A DNA stretch of 64,000 nucleotides from Camelus ferus (lineage: Eukaryota). The notes under the pieces are model-generated. The model did no database searches. It was given only the letters and a program-made list of their open reading frames with translations, and was not told the DNA's origin. The first letter of the stretch is position 1; every line of letters begins with the position of its first letter. This document shows positions 22,290 to 36,452 of the stretch, piece after piece. Where the stretch lies: positions 28,644,001-28,708,000 of the forward strand of contig NC_045711.1 of NCBI RefSeq assembly GCF_009834535.1, given 5' to 3'. Position numbers and translations under genes: made by a program.

Positions 22290-24960
22290 AGAAAGAACAG
22301 AGCAGAAGAGTTATTGAAGAGGTAATGAGAGTGAATTTTCTAACTTTAAGGAAAGAAACCAAATCAGATTGAAGAATCTTAGTGAACCCCAAGTGGGTTA
22401 AAAACAAACAAAAAGACACAAGACATGTAGCCAAACTGCTCGAAACTAAATATAAAGAGAAAAAATGTCAAGACAGGACAAGAATAAAGCATCATTACAC
22501 ATAGAAGAGCAAATATGAAAATAATAACAGATTTCTTCCAAAACTAACGTTCTGAGAAGAAATCACACCAGAACAACTAAACTCGGCAAAAATATCTTAA
22601 AACCCTGAAGAGTCTGTAAAGCTTTTTGTTTTTTCAGATACACAAAGGCTGAGGGAACTGAGTGCTGGCATGTGTACAACATAAGAAAGCTCAGTAGATG
22701 CCGTTCTAGTAGAAAGTGTGAGGACATCTAACAGCAGAGCTTCCAAATGTATGAAGCAAAAACAAAACTAAAAAGAGAAACAGACAACTTCACGATTATA
22801 ATTACCTCTCTCAGAAATGGATAGAACATGCATAAAACAAACAAGTAAAAAAGGATGGGAAAGATCTGAACAACACTAACATTTATGGAAAGACACTGCA
22901 TCCAGCAAGAGGAGAAGGCACAGTATTACTTAAAAGCATGTTTTCCACAAAGGTAAAACATTTAAATCTTTAAAACTTTAAAATAATTAAAATCATACAA
23001 AATATGTCCCCTAAACTACACAGAAATTAAACTAGAACTTAAAAAGTGAAAGATAAATTACCCATGGGTCAAAGAAGAACTCACAGGTAAAATTAGGGGG
23101 AAAAAAATTGAATTGAGTGAAAATGAAAATACAAAACATTAACAATTTAGGATGTAATTAAAGTAGTTCCTAGGATATTTATAGCAATAAATGACTACAC
23201 AAGAAAATAATAAAAATTCAAACCAATGGTCTAGGCTTCTTTCTTAGAAACTAGAAAAAGAAGAGCAAGTTATACCCAAAGGAAGCAGAAGAAAAGAATA
23301 ATAAAAAAAAAAAAGAAGGCAAAATCAAAAAAAGATAAAACAGATAAGCAATCAAAATCTGAATGAAACCAAAATGACTATAACTCAATAAAAAAAGTTA
23401 AAAAAAAATCTGAATGAAACCAGAAGCTATTTTAAGAGATCAAAGCAAATATTGATCCAAAAAATGTAGACAAAAAGGAATAATTTACCAATATCAGGGC
23501 TGAATGAGTACATGTCACTGAAGACCCCATAGACTTTAAAAGGTTAAAAAGGAGCCACTACCCCAAAGACCTTATGTCAAGAAATCTGATAACATATATG
23601 AAATGGACCGATTTTTTTGAAAGACACTACTACCAAATCTCACTCAAAAAGAAATAGATCAATTTCCATTAAAGAAATTTGGTTCATAACTTAAGTCTTC
23701 CCAAGCAGAAAACTGCAGGCCCAGATGGCTGCACCAGTGAATTCTACCAATTAAAAAAAAAAAGAAAAAGAAAAAAAAAGAACAGCAATAACACGAATTG
23801 CACAGAAAACAAAAAAGCAGAGAACACTCCCCACTTCATGTCGAGGCCAGCGTTCCCTGTTACCAAAACCAGTCAAAGATATTACAGGCCCAAACAAAGC
23901 GAAACAAAAAATAAAAAGCGGTATCTCTTACTAAGATAGAGACATAGACCCTTTACAAAATATTAGCAAATTAAATCCTTCAATATATAAAACAGATAAC
24001 ACAACAGGACAATTTAGGTTTGATTTTAGGAAGGCAAAGTTGGTTCAGTCTTAATGAAATCAATGTACTAGACTGTTTAAGCAAAGGAAAAAAGTAAAAA
24101 AAATCAATAGATGCAGAAAAAGCATTCAACAAAATTCAGTGTCTACTCACTGTAAAAATTCTCAGCAAACCAGGAATAAATAGAAATTCCTCAACGTGAT
24201 AAAGGATATCTGTGAAAAACTACAGGAATCATTCTACTTAATAATGAGTGACTGGATGTCTTCTTCCTAAGATGAAGTAAAGGTCATGGCTACTTTTACC
24301 AATTTTCTGTAACATTGTACTGGTGTCTCTGCCACTTGAATAAGGAAAATGAATCGAGGTGCACAGATTGGAAGGGAGGACATAAAACAACTTCTTCAAA
24401 GAGTACATGACCATGTACACAGAAAACCCCAAAGAATTTTCAAAAGAACTACCAGAGCTAGTGAGTGAGTTTAGCGATGTTGGAGAATGAAAGTTAATAT
24501 GCTGCATTTCCACATCTAGCAACGGACAATTAAAATGGAAATGGAAGTAGCAGTAAAGGCTATCATACCATCAAAAGTCAAGAAATGTTTAGAAATAATT
24601 TTAACCACAGATATGAAGTATCTGTGTGCTAAAAATGACAGAAGCCTAATGTGAAAAGCCACATTTTAAAAATAAGTTACATAAATGGAAAAATAGATGA
24701 CATTCATTGATCAGAAGGAAGACTCAATATTATCAAGATGTGATTTCTCCCCAAGTCAGCGTATACATTGAACACAACCCCAATCAAAATCCCTCCAGGC
24801 TTTTTTTTTTTAAATTGACAAACTGATTCAAAAATGTATATGGAAATGCCAAAGGCCTAGCGTAATCAAGACAATTCTGAAGACTAAAAACAAAGTTGGA
24901 GGATGCACAATACGTATTTCAAGGCTCACTATAAATTCCATAATAGCACCCTGTGGCATT
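22290..24960 (+). mobile_element. Ancient L1 (L1M-type), degraded ORF1 end and ORF2
   Basis: A-rich sense strand with many stops and frameshifts. ORF2 remnants include TAGPDGCTSEFYQ (23679 ORF; L1 consensus PGPDGFT.EFYQ), aatagatgcagaaaaagcattcaacaaaattca and acagaaaaccccaaagaat. Confidence 0.9.
23354..23422 (+). mobile_element. Ultra-truncated (~33 nt) young L1 3' tail with 18-bp TSD, nested in the old L1
   Basis: AAAATCTGAATGAAACCA at 23354-23371 and 23405-23422 flanks aaaTGACTATAACTCAATAAAAAAAGTTAAAAA. The insert matches the 3' ends of the L1 copies at ~48945 and ~51570. Confidence 0.85.
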
Positions 24961-25059
24961 AAGAGTATAATGGTTAATAAAACAAAATGCGTATTTTGCC
25001 AGTTATTTTTAGATAGAGTTTATCGAAAAATAATTGACTTCTGGTTCAACCACTCACCC

Positions 25060-25960
25060 CAGCTCTCTCTCTTATTCCATTGCTCACCTGATTCACACCG
25101 TTGCCTTCTTTCCGGCTGGCACCCTCTTTCCCATCACTACAGAAACCGTGTCTCTTGCCAGGGCTTTTGGAAGCTTTCTTTTTGCTAAACCCCAATGACT
25201 GCTTTTTCTCTAAATTTATTTCCCCTCGACTCCCCTGGAAATTAAACAGGATTGACCACCTCTTCCTTTTGAAAATCCCCTCCTCCCTTCAGCTTCTCAT
25301 GTTGCATTTTCCTGTTTCTTTTCTTAATGGTGGACTTCTCTTTTTCTTGTCTCATTTAGTGAGTCTTCTTTCTTCTCACAGCACTTGCTTTGATCGTCTC
25401 CCAAGTGTGCTTAGCCCCCCGCTCATCTTTCTCTAAGTCCTTCCTTTCAATGAGGCTTCTATGTCTTTAGCCATCACTCCGGTGTTCACAGCTCTTCGAT
25501 TCCTAAATTCAGCCTCAACTTCTTTTGCAAAATTGCCCTATTTTCACCATCTATAAAACGTTTGCCCTCATGTGGAGACCCTGTCCTCTCTTTATGTGCT
25601 CCAGATAAATGTATCATTGATATCTTACAGTCACATGTTCTTAATTTCTCTCTACATACCGCTCTCATTTTGAGTCTCTTTTAATCTTGGTTAATAAAAC
25701 CACACAATTCCTCCAGGTTCAAAACCTGGAGGACAATCTCCATCTCTTCCTAATCAGTCACTAATTCCAAATGATCCTTCTTGATCATCCCTCACCTTTA
25801 TTTCCTGTCCTCTTTAATCTGAAGTCTTCAACTCTGTCATTTTCTTGCTCAGAGAACTCCAGTTGCCATAGCTTCAAAGTACTTCACTCATTTTTTTTGT
25901 CTCCCAATATGACACTACTCAGAACACAAAAATTTCATATTCCAGCCTCATCTTGTGTCT
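25060..25960 (+). mobile_element. L2 LINE fragment
   Basis: C/T-rich sequence with ttttgctaaaccccaatg...ttgaccac...tcttccttttgaaa and ccaggttcaaaacctggagg, typical of the L2 body. Confidence 0.75.
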
Positions 25961-26039
25961 GTATTTATTCCCTAATCATTCCCAAGTAAAACTCTTTCTT
26001 CATATTTTTCTGCCAAACAGACTTAGTTTAACTCAATAA

Positions 26040-26360
26040 CATTTTCTCTGTGCAAGGTACTGGGTTACATGCTGACAATAAAAGAGAACTTTAGAGTTCT
26101 TAAAAAGTTCTAAGAGGGAGATAGACATGAATACAAATAACTATAATAAAATATAATAGTGATATACAAGTAATATGGATAAGTCCCTTAGCAATACAAA
26201 TGAGGGATCATCAGAGCTTTATACAGAATAGAAAACGAGACGAGAAGGAGTGTAGAGGATAGAGAAGTGGTTGGAGCAGATAGGGTGTCAACTGCAAAGG
26301 CTTGAAGGCATGACGGTCAACGACGTGTCTTGACGAGAAATAGTCCAATGTTTCTAGAAT
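26040..26360 (-). mobile_element. L2 3' fragment
   Basis: Contains tgtgcaaggtactggg...gagggagatagacatgaatacaaataactataata...gcaaaggcttgaaggcatg. Confidence 0.6.
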
Positions 26361-26779
26361 GCCCTTCTCTCATACCTGCGAACCCCATGTTACCTGTCTT
26401 CCAGATCCACCTACGAATCTCCTTCATACATTAATTCTAATTCTAATTCATACTGATTCTCACCTCCTTCTATGGACTCTTCTGGATGGCTGATTTCACT
26501 TTTATTTATTTATTTTTTAAAGATCGGGCCATAAAGTATTTTGATTAACCATAACCTGCGCGATTGTGGCGGTAGTGCTGGGTGTTCCCTATCGCATTAT
26601 AAGGATCTGAAGGTGAAGAATAGTGACTTACGTTTCTTCTACTCCTCCTCCACCTCCATGTATGTCCTCATCTTTTCTTCTTACTGCCTTAATACCATGT
26701 ACATAAACACTCCCTAAAAAATATTTGAAGCAGACTTTCTATAGCTGGAGAATAGGGGTTACTTAGCTGTTGTTCACGT

Positions 26780-26912
26780 CAGTGGTTTACAGCCCTGGCT
26801 GTTCCTTAGTATCATTTGGACATTTTTTAAAACAAATACCGATTCCTCTAATGTCTGGACCTCACCCCGTGTCCAACTAAATCTGAAATCTTGGAAGAGA
26901 ACCTGACCACTG
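26780..26912. mobile_element. MER5-like hAT MITE
   Basis: CAGTGGTT at 26780 and GACCACTG at 26905-26912 form terminal inverted repeats. Internal ttttttaaaa...acctcacccc. Confidence 0.55.
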
Positions 26913-28811
26913 ATCCGTCTATGCATCTGTATTGTATCTCTTTATTTAATGTCTGTAGAGCTGTATCCACAAGTCCGTATGAGTCCGATGGGCAGATGAA
27001 AAGCAGAGATTCTCATTTTTGGATGAAGAACTTAAATTCAAGAGGGGTGTGGTAGCTGCATCCAGGTCACCCAATTTGAGGCCAGCATGTGACTAGAAGC
27101 CTACTAGGCAGGCACTTTGATTCATCCCCTGCTGCCTTTGAAGAATAAACTCTGTCCTCTTTTTGAATGAGCCGATGGAATTGCCCTCATTTCTGAGATC
27201 CTTAGAAATGTGACCCCTATAGGGAGGAAGAAGACAGCTGTGTGACATTCTTTTGGTGTCGATGGGTCTCCTCCTCAACTTGCCAGGCTTGTCTTGATTC
27301 TGGGTGGGTGAAAAACCTGGACACGAAGACCTGCTTCCGTCAACAAGAGAAGAACAAAGTTCTAACTCGATGGGGAGAAATTTATGGACGAATGTCTCTC
27401 TTTATTGACATAAATGCAGCTGCAAAGTTGCAGAGGGAAGCTGAGAACAGGCTGGAGCTTCTCCAGCATGCCACATGGCTCTGCACAGGCCAAGCCAGAG
27501 CGACAGGGGTGCTCCTCACATGACACTTGAGTGACTCTGACAAACTCTAGCAGGTGGGAGCAGTGGGAGCAGATGGAATGGGGCCGCGGGACTGAGATGC
27601 TTTGTTTTGTTTTGTTTCTCCTACTTCTCTGTTTGCTTTCGTGAAGCACTTTGAACCTGAAGCCCCTTGTCGTCTCGTTTATAGTCATGAGAAGTGGTAC
27701 ATGCAGGATTTTCTCTAACTCTTCTAGTAAACTACCTGGCTTTCTTTTTTTTTTTCCTGTCACCCCCTAGGGTGTCTTGTCTAATCTGTTTTAATTCCTG
27801 AGTTTCCCTCTCCTTATGAAATTATTTATTTTTCTGAGAGGTCATTGCTTAATGACTTAAAAGTCTGGGATTTCTCAACCTCATTTCCTCTTTGGTTCAC
27901 AATGGTGAAGGATGTTTCTTTTAAGTTCTCCAGTTACAAGAAAAACTGGAAATTGTAAAATATCCATAGTATTGTTTTTCCTTTAACCGAGGCAGATATG
28001 TTCCCAGGGAGGTAGGTGTTAATCTGTTGCCTTCTGTATACGTGCTAGAACTTCACAGACGCTGATTTAAAATAAAGAACAGCAAGATGGCCTTATTCGC
28101 CCTAATGGAGAGATGAAAAGGAGTGAGTTATTGAAAATGTTGATGCATACGATTTATATCATTTTGGGCTTTGGAGATGGTTTTTGTATGTAAATGTGGG
28201 TATATTTGTGATCCTTGTGCTGTGGGCTGTAGATTCAAATAAAATATTGAAGATAATTTCTGATTGCTTGGCCCATGAGTAGCCACAAAGCTGACTAGCC
28301 GTCCCCACCAATCCCTTCTTCAACAAAAGGTGAAGGGTATAACCTGAGAAAAACAGCCTGATGTCTCAGCCTGTAGGAATAATGACCTACAACGTATGTG
28401 GGAGCAGGAGCAGTAATCAGTCAAGTATTAGAGTTCAACTTAGTCTAAATCTAAATTTAGACCAAAAACAGAACAAGCTTTCGAAAGACTGTCCAACAGA
28501 GCAAACTCCTTCAGGTGTTGCCAGCAACTGGAAGCATGTTTGTCACAAATATGCTACAAGAAAGAAATGCCAACAGAAAATCCAACGCTTTCTTCTTTCT
28601 GTTGCAAAATATCTATCTCTGAACTTTACTGCTTGATCATTCCACTGTTTTTGAAAATATAAATACAGGAGAGTCCATTTTATCTCAGGATCTGCTCATA
28701 TACAAATTCATCTTATGTTTATGAGACTTTGGGTTTTAAGAGCGTTTAAGTTTCTGAGGTTCAGAAGCTCTGAAAAGTAAGTGTTTTTTTTTTTTCACTA
28801 CAACTTGGCTC

Positions 28812-29450
28812 TTTTTTTTTTAACATTTTTTATTGATTTATAATCATTTTACAATGTTGTGTCAAATTCCAGTGTAGAGCACAATTTTTCAGTTATACAT
28901 GAACATACATATACATTCATTGTCACATTTTTTTCTCTGTGAGCTACCATAAGATCTTGTGTATATTTCCCTGTGCTATACAGTGTAATCTTGTTTATCT
29001 GTTCTACAATTCTGAAATCCCGTCTATCCCTTCCCACCCTCCACCCCCTTGGCAACCACAAGTTTGTATTCTATGTCTATGAGTCTATTTCTCTTTTGTA
29101 TTTATGCTTTTTTTCTGTTTTTGTTCTTTGGATTCCACATATGAGCGATCTCATATGGTATTTTTCTTTCTCTTTCTGGCTTACTTCACTTAGAATGACA
29201 TTCTCCAAGAGCATCCATATTGCTGCAGATGNNNNNNNNNNNNNNNNNNNNNNNNNNNNNNNNNNNNNNNNNNNNNNNNNNNNNNNNNNNNNNNNNNNNN
29301 NNNNNNNNNNNNNNNNNNNNNNNNNNNNNNNNNNNNNNNNNNNNNNNNNNNNNNNNNNNNNNNNNNNNNNNNNNNNNNNNNNNNNTCCTGAAGTAGGGTT
29401 CCTTTTGGATATAAGCCCAGGAGCGGGATTCCTGGGTCATACGGCAAGTC
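28812..29450 (-). mobile_element. Young lineage-specific L1 3' fragment (camelid-like), spanning an N gap
   Basis: Poly-T followed by aacattttttattgatttataatc (reverse of the AATAAA tail). The minus ORF reads PYDPGIPLLGLYP, the L1 ORF2 C-terminus. No TSD seen. Confidence 0.9.
29232..29385. other. Assembly gap (154 N)
   Basis: N run inside the young L1 fragment. Confidence 1.
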
Positions 29451-32400
29451 GAAAAATAAATGTACTTGTTTGTGACTGTTGTGGATTATTAACAGATGTC
29501 ACTGTACTACCTGGTGAAGTGTTCAGGTTCTGAAGGTACGCAAATCTGGGATCAAGTAGACGGAGCTACCTAAAAATTTTGAGAGACCACCCCCGTTAAG
29601 TGTATGTTTCCTCTTCCATGTCATGGGACTATTCACGGTACTAAAAGCATACCGTTGGTGTAAAAGTAAGCTGAAATCACCAATTCAGATGATTAATGAG
29701 TGATATTTAGTAAGCAGTCAATTGATGATGATGATTACAGCTAATTTTAGTTAACTAATAAAATATAACATTACTGGATTATAGCTTGATCGAGATTACA
29801 ATACAAGTATCTCTTTGTGCCTTATCGTTTTTTGAAATAATACAATAAACTTGGTTTCCTCTTATGTTAATCTATAGTACCCAGGCAAATATTGAAAGCA
29901 GAAATACCATTCTGAATTTTCTGTAAGGACATCAAGCTGTAATTAATCAAGGAGAACGTGAAGCACGCTGACAGCCACCAGCCCTGGATTTTGATAGATC
30001 AGGCTTGTGAAATTACAAGGTATTGATTTAAACAAAACACACTCCATATAGCCTCCCTTTGTAGACTTGACGTAAATTACAGCACTTTGCAGTGGATTTG
30101 TGAGTCCCGAATAACTCCCCTGGAAGGAGTGATTGGTTTCTTGATGTCTCCCTGGAGTGAAGTAATTACTGTGGTGCAAATAGCACAATATTCCTGGTGT
30201 CGTTCAGTAAGAACTGAGTCTGGGACTTGGATAAAATCATATACACACAAATACTGCCCCCCAACTTCGCATGACACAAAATCCGAAGACAGATCTGAAT
30301 GTAAGACACAACAGAATCAAAATTCCAAATAGTCTCACTGGCTTGGGGCAGTGACATTTAAGACAACAAACAGAAAGTCCAGCATTCTGATTCAGAAATA
30401 GTCACTGGAAAGATGCAAGATGGTAGGAATAAATTTAAGTCAAATTTCCGGAAGAGAAATCTAGGAAATAGCACAGTTATCTAAGGTGATAACGCAGCCC
30501 TCCCCTATGCTTTCTTTCTCCCAGTTGCACATCAGAACACCTCATCTAAACAGTTCAATGAATATTAATAAGTAGATAGCTAAGCAGTTGAAGTAAGCCA
30601 AAACACGAAGACTGGACCGAACCCAAGTAACTATTCGGACTCCGTATTGTCTATCTTCAGTTAATGACTTCATCATTTACACACATCCCCACCCTCCTCA
30701 AGCTTAGAAGCCTCTTTGATCCCTTCTCTTATTCACAAATAGTTAGCAAGCAATTTCCTTCTCTTGGTTCCATTTGCCCAAATTTTTATTTTAATTGTGG
30801 CTCCAATCCTCACGCTTTCTGGGGGCTCCTACTGTCTAACTTGTTTCTCCGTCTCCACTGTCTCTTCTCTCATCTCTTGGTTATTCCTCATCCTTCTAAA
30901 ATGCACACAGGATCCTAGCATTTCTCTGCCTAACGTTCTTGCATATAAATACCTATAACCTAGACAATTGAGTCAGCACGCTTTTACCGAGCACAGACGG
31001 CCCCTTTCATCCTCCTTTGCGGCCATTTATCCCTATGTTCAATCATGTTCAACCACTGATGTATTTCCCTCCATATCCCAAGTGCTCACAAGTCAGTGCC
31101 TTTTGCATATTCCTTTCTTTACCAAGAATTCCCTTCATTTCCTACTTCTTATTTTATCATGCTTCAAACCTAAAGGCAGAAATCAAATCTGTATAGGAAA
31201 ATGAGCTCATTTACCCTCTGTTGCCTTTGCGATGGATACGCTGTGTCTCCTAAGCGTTCGTTTATATGCCTCTTCCTCAAACAACGGTGAACGTTTTAAA
31301 GCTTTACATCACAAGGGTGTTTCCCCAGCTTCTGTAGATTGACTGAAACATCAGCGATATCTAGCAAAGATTTGAAAATGAATGCATTCATGGAAAGGAT
31401 GGGCATATGTGATAATTATGATGCAGTGATTCTTCAAGCTGAATTGTGAAATACAGAGCTTGTCATTGATCAGATAATTTCCACACTATAATCCTATACA
31501 GGAATGACATTCATTTGTTTTGAGTAAATAAAACCAGACTCGGGTATAGTCTGCTGAACAACGCTGAAGTCGAGGTTCTTGGTGTGCTTTTTCTCTTGGC
31601 ATCTGATTTGCCCCTTAAATTCTACAATATGAAGCAGACATTTAACTCCCATACTGGAAAGCCTTGACCTAATTTTAAGGAAATCCTAGAAGAACCTGTA
31701 GCCATTAGCTTCAGGGCTGACGTTTCAGATCAAAGTGTGTAGAGAGTGTCACAAAACGGCAGGCATTTTTCCAAGACAGGAATGCAAATGGCCACAATGT
31801 CACCCACGACTTCCTCCCATTCTTGAGCAAATACTTGCTAGAGAAATACTATTTTTAATTGAACAAGTGATTCATGTCTCTAGATCCAGAGCATGCATTC
31901 CACAGAGTGCAAATAACCAGCTGGTGCTAGCTCAGAAAGCATGCTGGTCAGACTCTCCATCAGCGCTGAGTGTCCCAGTCCTGAAATGACATTGCATTTA
32001 CTCAGCTGTTCTTAAGAAAATTTCTAGAATACTCTCTGAAAAACATCGATTTGCGGTTGGAAAAATGCCTTCTTCAGGCCTTTATAATTTTAATCCTCTA
32101 AAGGGCAGTGTCCCAAGGAATAGATCACCTCACCATTGCAGCAACATAATTGGATTGGTTGGTTTCTAAGGATACGTCAGGGAAGGTGGATATATTTTTA
32201 AATGGAACCTTTGCCTAAAAAAGAAGAGAAAATTATAGAGAAATGTCGCCAATTAATTTCATTCACCACAGCAGCCCACTCAGAAATTGAAGCTGTTACT
32301 TATTATATATTTTGAAAGGTCTTTGATGTTTTCTAATGTTGAGATTTGAGCATCAACTTACTCTGTGTCTTCTATGATTGTATCAGGAATTTCCTCTTTG

Positions 32401-35019
32401 AAAACCACTATTTTTAAAAGGGTTAACCTATTAGGGAGGAGGAATTCTAAACTGGAGCAATAAAGAAGGAGAGAGACTAAACTGCTACAAATTGCACTGC
32501 TACGTACCCATCCTGGGCAGTATTTCCGCCTGCCTGAGCCCTGCCCAAGCCCTGCCCAGCCACTGATCCTGCAGAACTGTCTGAACCACACTTGGAGGGA
32601 AGACTCACCAAAAATAATTGAAGAATAAACTTTCTGCCCAGGCCAATTGGGTAAATTGCTTTTGTGCTTTTCCATGGCTTGCTTTTGCCAGATGGAATAC
32701 TTGGCACTCCAGACAGTGGCGTTGGACCAGATTTTGGAGCAATGGGGTTTTTGAAAATGATTTATTTTTTCCCTCTGTCACAGACAGCTACTCTGGCACA
32801 GATGGCTTCTCTAAATGATGAGCCTAGAGTCTTTTCCATCAGATTTTGCCATTGTAAAAAATCTATCTGCTGAATTTTCTCTGATTGTTGCTCTGTGCAT
32901 CTAACAGAATAGGTAAGGAAGTTTAGAATGAAGACCAAATTTTGGACCCAAACATATGTAAATCCAAGGCCTTCAGAGATAGTTCTGTGGCTGTCATAAA
33001 CTGAATACTTCTTTTCTTTCCAACCCTGTTCCTACTATGAAATTCCATCTTCAACAAATAATGTTAATCGGGGTAAAAAAAAAAATAACTAGAAAAGAAC
33101 GGAAAATTAGAGCTGTCTTTCCTTAGACTAATACACAAGCTTAGATTGGGTTATATGAACGCTTAGCACTTATTGTTAACCTTTCCCGACAGATTAGGAT
33201 CTGATTAGGAACACTGAATTACTACGGAGGGAGGAAGTATGTTAAAAGAAATGATTCTTTCAAAAGTCAGCCATGAAGAGAATACAAGCAAAATCTCAGG
33301 GGGGTGCCTAGTTTCTGCAGAAAGAAATCTGCCTTTGGGAAAGAAACATTTCTTGAGAAACAACGACGTGCCATCAATGTAAATCTATAAAATCCCTAAG
33401 ACTTTGTGGATCCTTGGCCCCATTTTACAGATAGGTAAACTGAGAATTAGGAAGTTGCAAGAGAGACGAAAGGTTACATGTGGGTTTGATTACGCCCCGA
33501 GCTCTGCTGTCTAGTATAACGTGGTCTCTCCTTATAGCTCACACGTGGGACGCGGCAATTACTGGTATTTCGGTGGGGAGGAAAGATGGTAGTGATGCCT
33601 TCCTTGGGCTCATTAACAGAAGAGGAAATACAGAATGATATGCCTGGCGTAAGCCACTCCCACCAGGAGCTACACGTGCTGATGGAGGAAATGACAGCGA
33701 TAACCACAGGATGTGGTGACTTCAAGAAGAAGTCTGCCAGAATTTGAGCCCATCACAGCCAAATGGGGCACAAGGAATCCTCCAATTACATTTAACAGAT
33801 TTGGCAAGAGAGGACAAGAGTGAGTGTGACAGTTAACTATGATTAATTCTTGCATTTTCTACCTGAGTTACAAACATACAACATGGGATCTTTAAAGGAG
33901 TATAAATGTATTCATACTTTCCTGTTTTTGTATGTGTGTGTGTGCACTGCCTATTTTGGGTACCTAAAATTAGATTCAGCAAAGATTCTATAAAAATAAA
34001 TAAATGACTTTATCAGAAAATACAGATGCATGTGCGAGCATGTGTGTGTGTGTGTGTATTTGTGTGTGTACCTGTCTTGCACCAGCCACACAAAATAAAA
34101 ATTGCACCGGAGATCACCACATCAGAGGTTTGGAGAATCGTGGCTCAACTCGGTAATTTTTGACAAGTCACTTCTTCACTGATGGTTGGTTTCTTCACGA
34201 GCTTGCTTAAGCGATGGCGTCACACCTCCGTTTCCTCATTTGCAGACCGGGAGTGCACGGAGGATGATTGTGAGAAATGAACGAGGGGTAAAACTCTTAG
34301 TACCCTCTCCGTGCCGTAATGTCACCTTAATATTATTCAGTGCTATGTTTTGTTATGAATCTGATGAGCTAGTGGAATAGATGTCCTACATGGGTCTTTG
34401 GGCCCCCATAATCTTTGTTTTTCATGTAATGGACCCTTGGTCTATTTTTTCAAAAATCTCTATTTCTCCCATCTTATTCATAGGAGAGCCATATATCTTT
34501 TTGTCCCTGATATCCACTCTGCACCCCCCGCAAGAAACAACGTATGCTTTTTGTTCATTTGTTTACTGAGAGTTTGCAAAATATATTAAAATTGGCGTCT
34601 CCTTTTAATCCGTGAGTCAGGAAAGATAGTAAGGACCAAGGGAAGTGAGACAGAACAATCCAAAAATCTCAAAATAACCATTTGCCAATCTTCATCCGAT
34701 CTCAGATAGCTACTATTTCTTTTCAAACCTCTGTTGTGTATATAAGCCAAATATATACAAAAATGATTCAAATAATATTTATAAACTTGCTTTTTTTTTT
34801 ATCAGAGTAGCCATTGCTTTATTTAGCTTCAGACCTAGTTCAACAGCAGTAAACAAGGCACAAATGTGAACTCCAGTTATGTTCTTTTAAAATGTCACTG
34901 AGTTCACAATGAGGTATATATTAGAATAGATGGCTAACTAACTGAAAAATTGCCTCTCAGATCTAACTATTTCAGAAGAAAAACTAGATGAAAATAAAAA
35001 TGAATATTTGTTAAAGACC

Positions 35020-35960
35020 TGGAAGGGAAATGTTTCTAAATGCACAAGCAAGTGATGAAGTCACAAAAAGAAAAAATAAATCAGTATTGGCTGTATACAA
35101 ATCTTAAATGGATACATGTTAAAAGTATGTAAAATGAAAAGTCAAAGAGCAGACTGGGAAGCTTTTTACAAAATAGGATTAGAAAGGAGCTATAAAACAT
35201 TATTAAAAACATAAGAATATTTGACAGAGAAAACAATTCACTGATAGATAAATGGGCAAAAATACGCAAAGGCCTCCACAAGAGTAAAAATACAAATGGT
35301 AAACAAACATGATAGAAAGATTCAATCTACATACAAGCAAAATAAAACATAAGAAAGGCATTTTTTTTTTACTCTTTTAGATGTCATAACCTACTATTGG
35401 TACTTGAAATGAATAAAAGTCATTTTAGAATGAGTAGCAAAATACATCAAAGACATCAGAGTGATCACATCTTTTGGCCAAATAATTGTGCTTCTGTAAA
35501 TATGCCTCAAGCAAATGATCTGAACTGCAAATACTTTATGTGCAACAATGTTTCTTTTGAGAAGAAACAAAAGCATCTCCATTGCACAATACTGATGACA
35601 AAAAGTGTCACACAGCCTTTAATTATGATGGTAGTGAGAATCAGAAATAATGCTTATGTTATATTATAGTAAAATATACGAATCTAGGATAAATAAACAC
35701 CAACATGCAAAAAAAAAAAAAAAAGAAAAAGAAAAATGAATGTAGACATAGGCCTTACACTTTTCACAAAATAAACTCGAATAGATCATAGACCTGTGTG
35801 TAAAACTCGGAACTATGAAACACCTAGTATATAACATAGGAGAAAATCTTCCTTCAATTTCATTAATATTGCTATAATACAGCATGTGTTCAAAATAAAA
35901 GGATGAAGGAACAAATTAATAAAATTACACTAGGTGAAAATATGTATGTCTTAAACGTTG
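35020..35960 (+). mobile_element. Old L1 (L1ME/MC-like) 3' ORF2 fragments
   Basis: Contains gactgggaag, aaatgggcaaaa, aaacatgatagaaagattcaa and gatcatagacct...aaaact...ataggagaaaatctt. Confidence 0.7.
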
Positions 35961-36343
35961 AAGATTTAAGTGGCATCAAAAGCAACAAACCTTGACCGTG
36001 GCCCTATTACCTTGTGTTTTCTCTTCTCCAATGCTGTGCAGTATTGCCTACAGAAGTTAGAAATATTTTCCCTTCCCAACTCACCTAGTCTCCAAAACTC
36101 TCCTTGTCTCATGAAGACTGCTGGGAAAATCACCTCTTCAGTTCCCAACAGGACCTCTTTCTAGGGATCTGACATAACTCCACCTAAAAAACATACATGG
36201 ATGGTGGGCTGTCAGCCCTGTTTTTCCTTGAGCTGCCAGAACGAAAATCTCCCGTCCTCTCTAAATGAAAATACTCATTCAAAAAAAATAAATAAATTTT
36301 TGGCAGTCCCATTCACCAGTTCACTGTTAAAAGTACCCACTAG

Positions 36344-36452
36344 TGGAGTGACCAACTCTCCTGGTCGGTCCAGGACTGGGGAGGGTAGCAGTGTGTCCTG
36401 GGTTTAAAACTGGGATAAGCCCTGGGTAAATGGAGGCAAAAAGGTCACCCTA
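36344..36452. mobile_element. MER94/MER81-like hAT-Blackjack MITE
   Basis: Termini (tggagtgacca ... ggtcacccta) resemble the TAGGGTGACCA inverted repeat. Internal taaaactggga...ccctgggtaaa. Confidence 0.6.

Noticed and set aside
23679-23939. ORF with reverse-transcriptase-associated motif (GPDGCTSEFYQ)
   Set aside because: It is a degraded fragment of ancient L1 ORF2, not a gene.
28973-29533. 186-aa ORF and the other X-containing ORFs (29186-29447, 48241-48573)
   Set aside because: They are open only because they read through N gaps. The sequence is L1 3' end.
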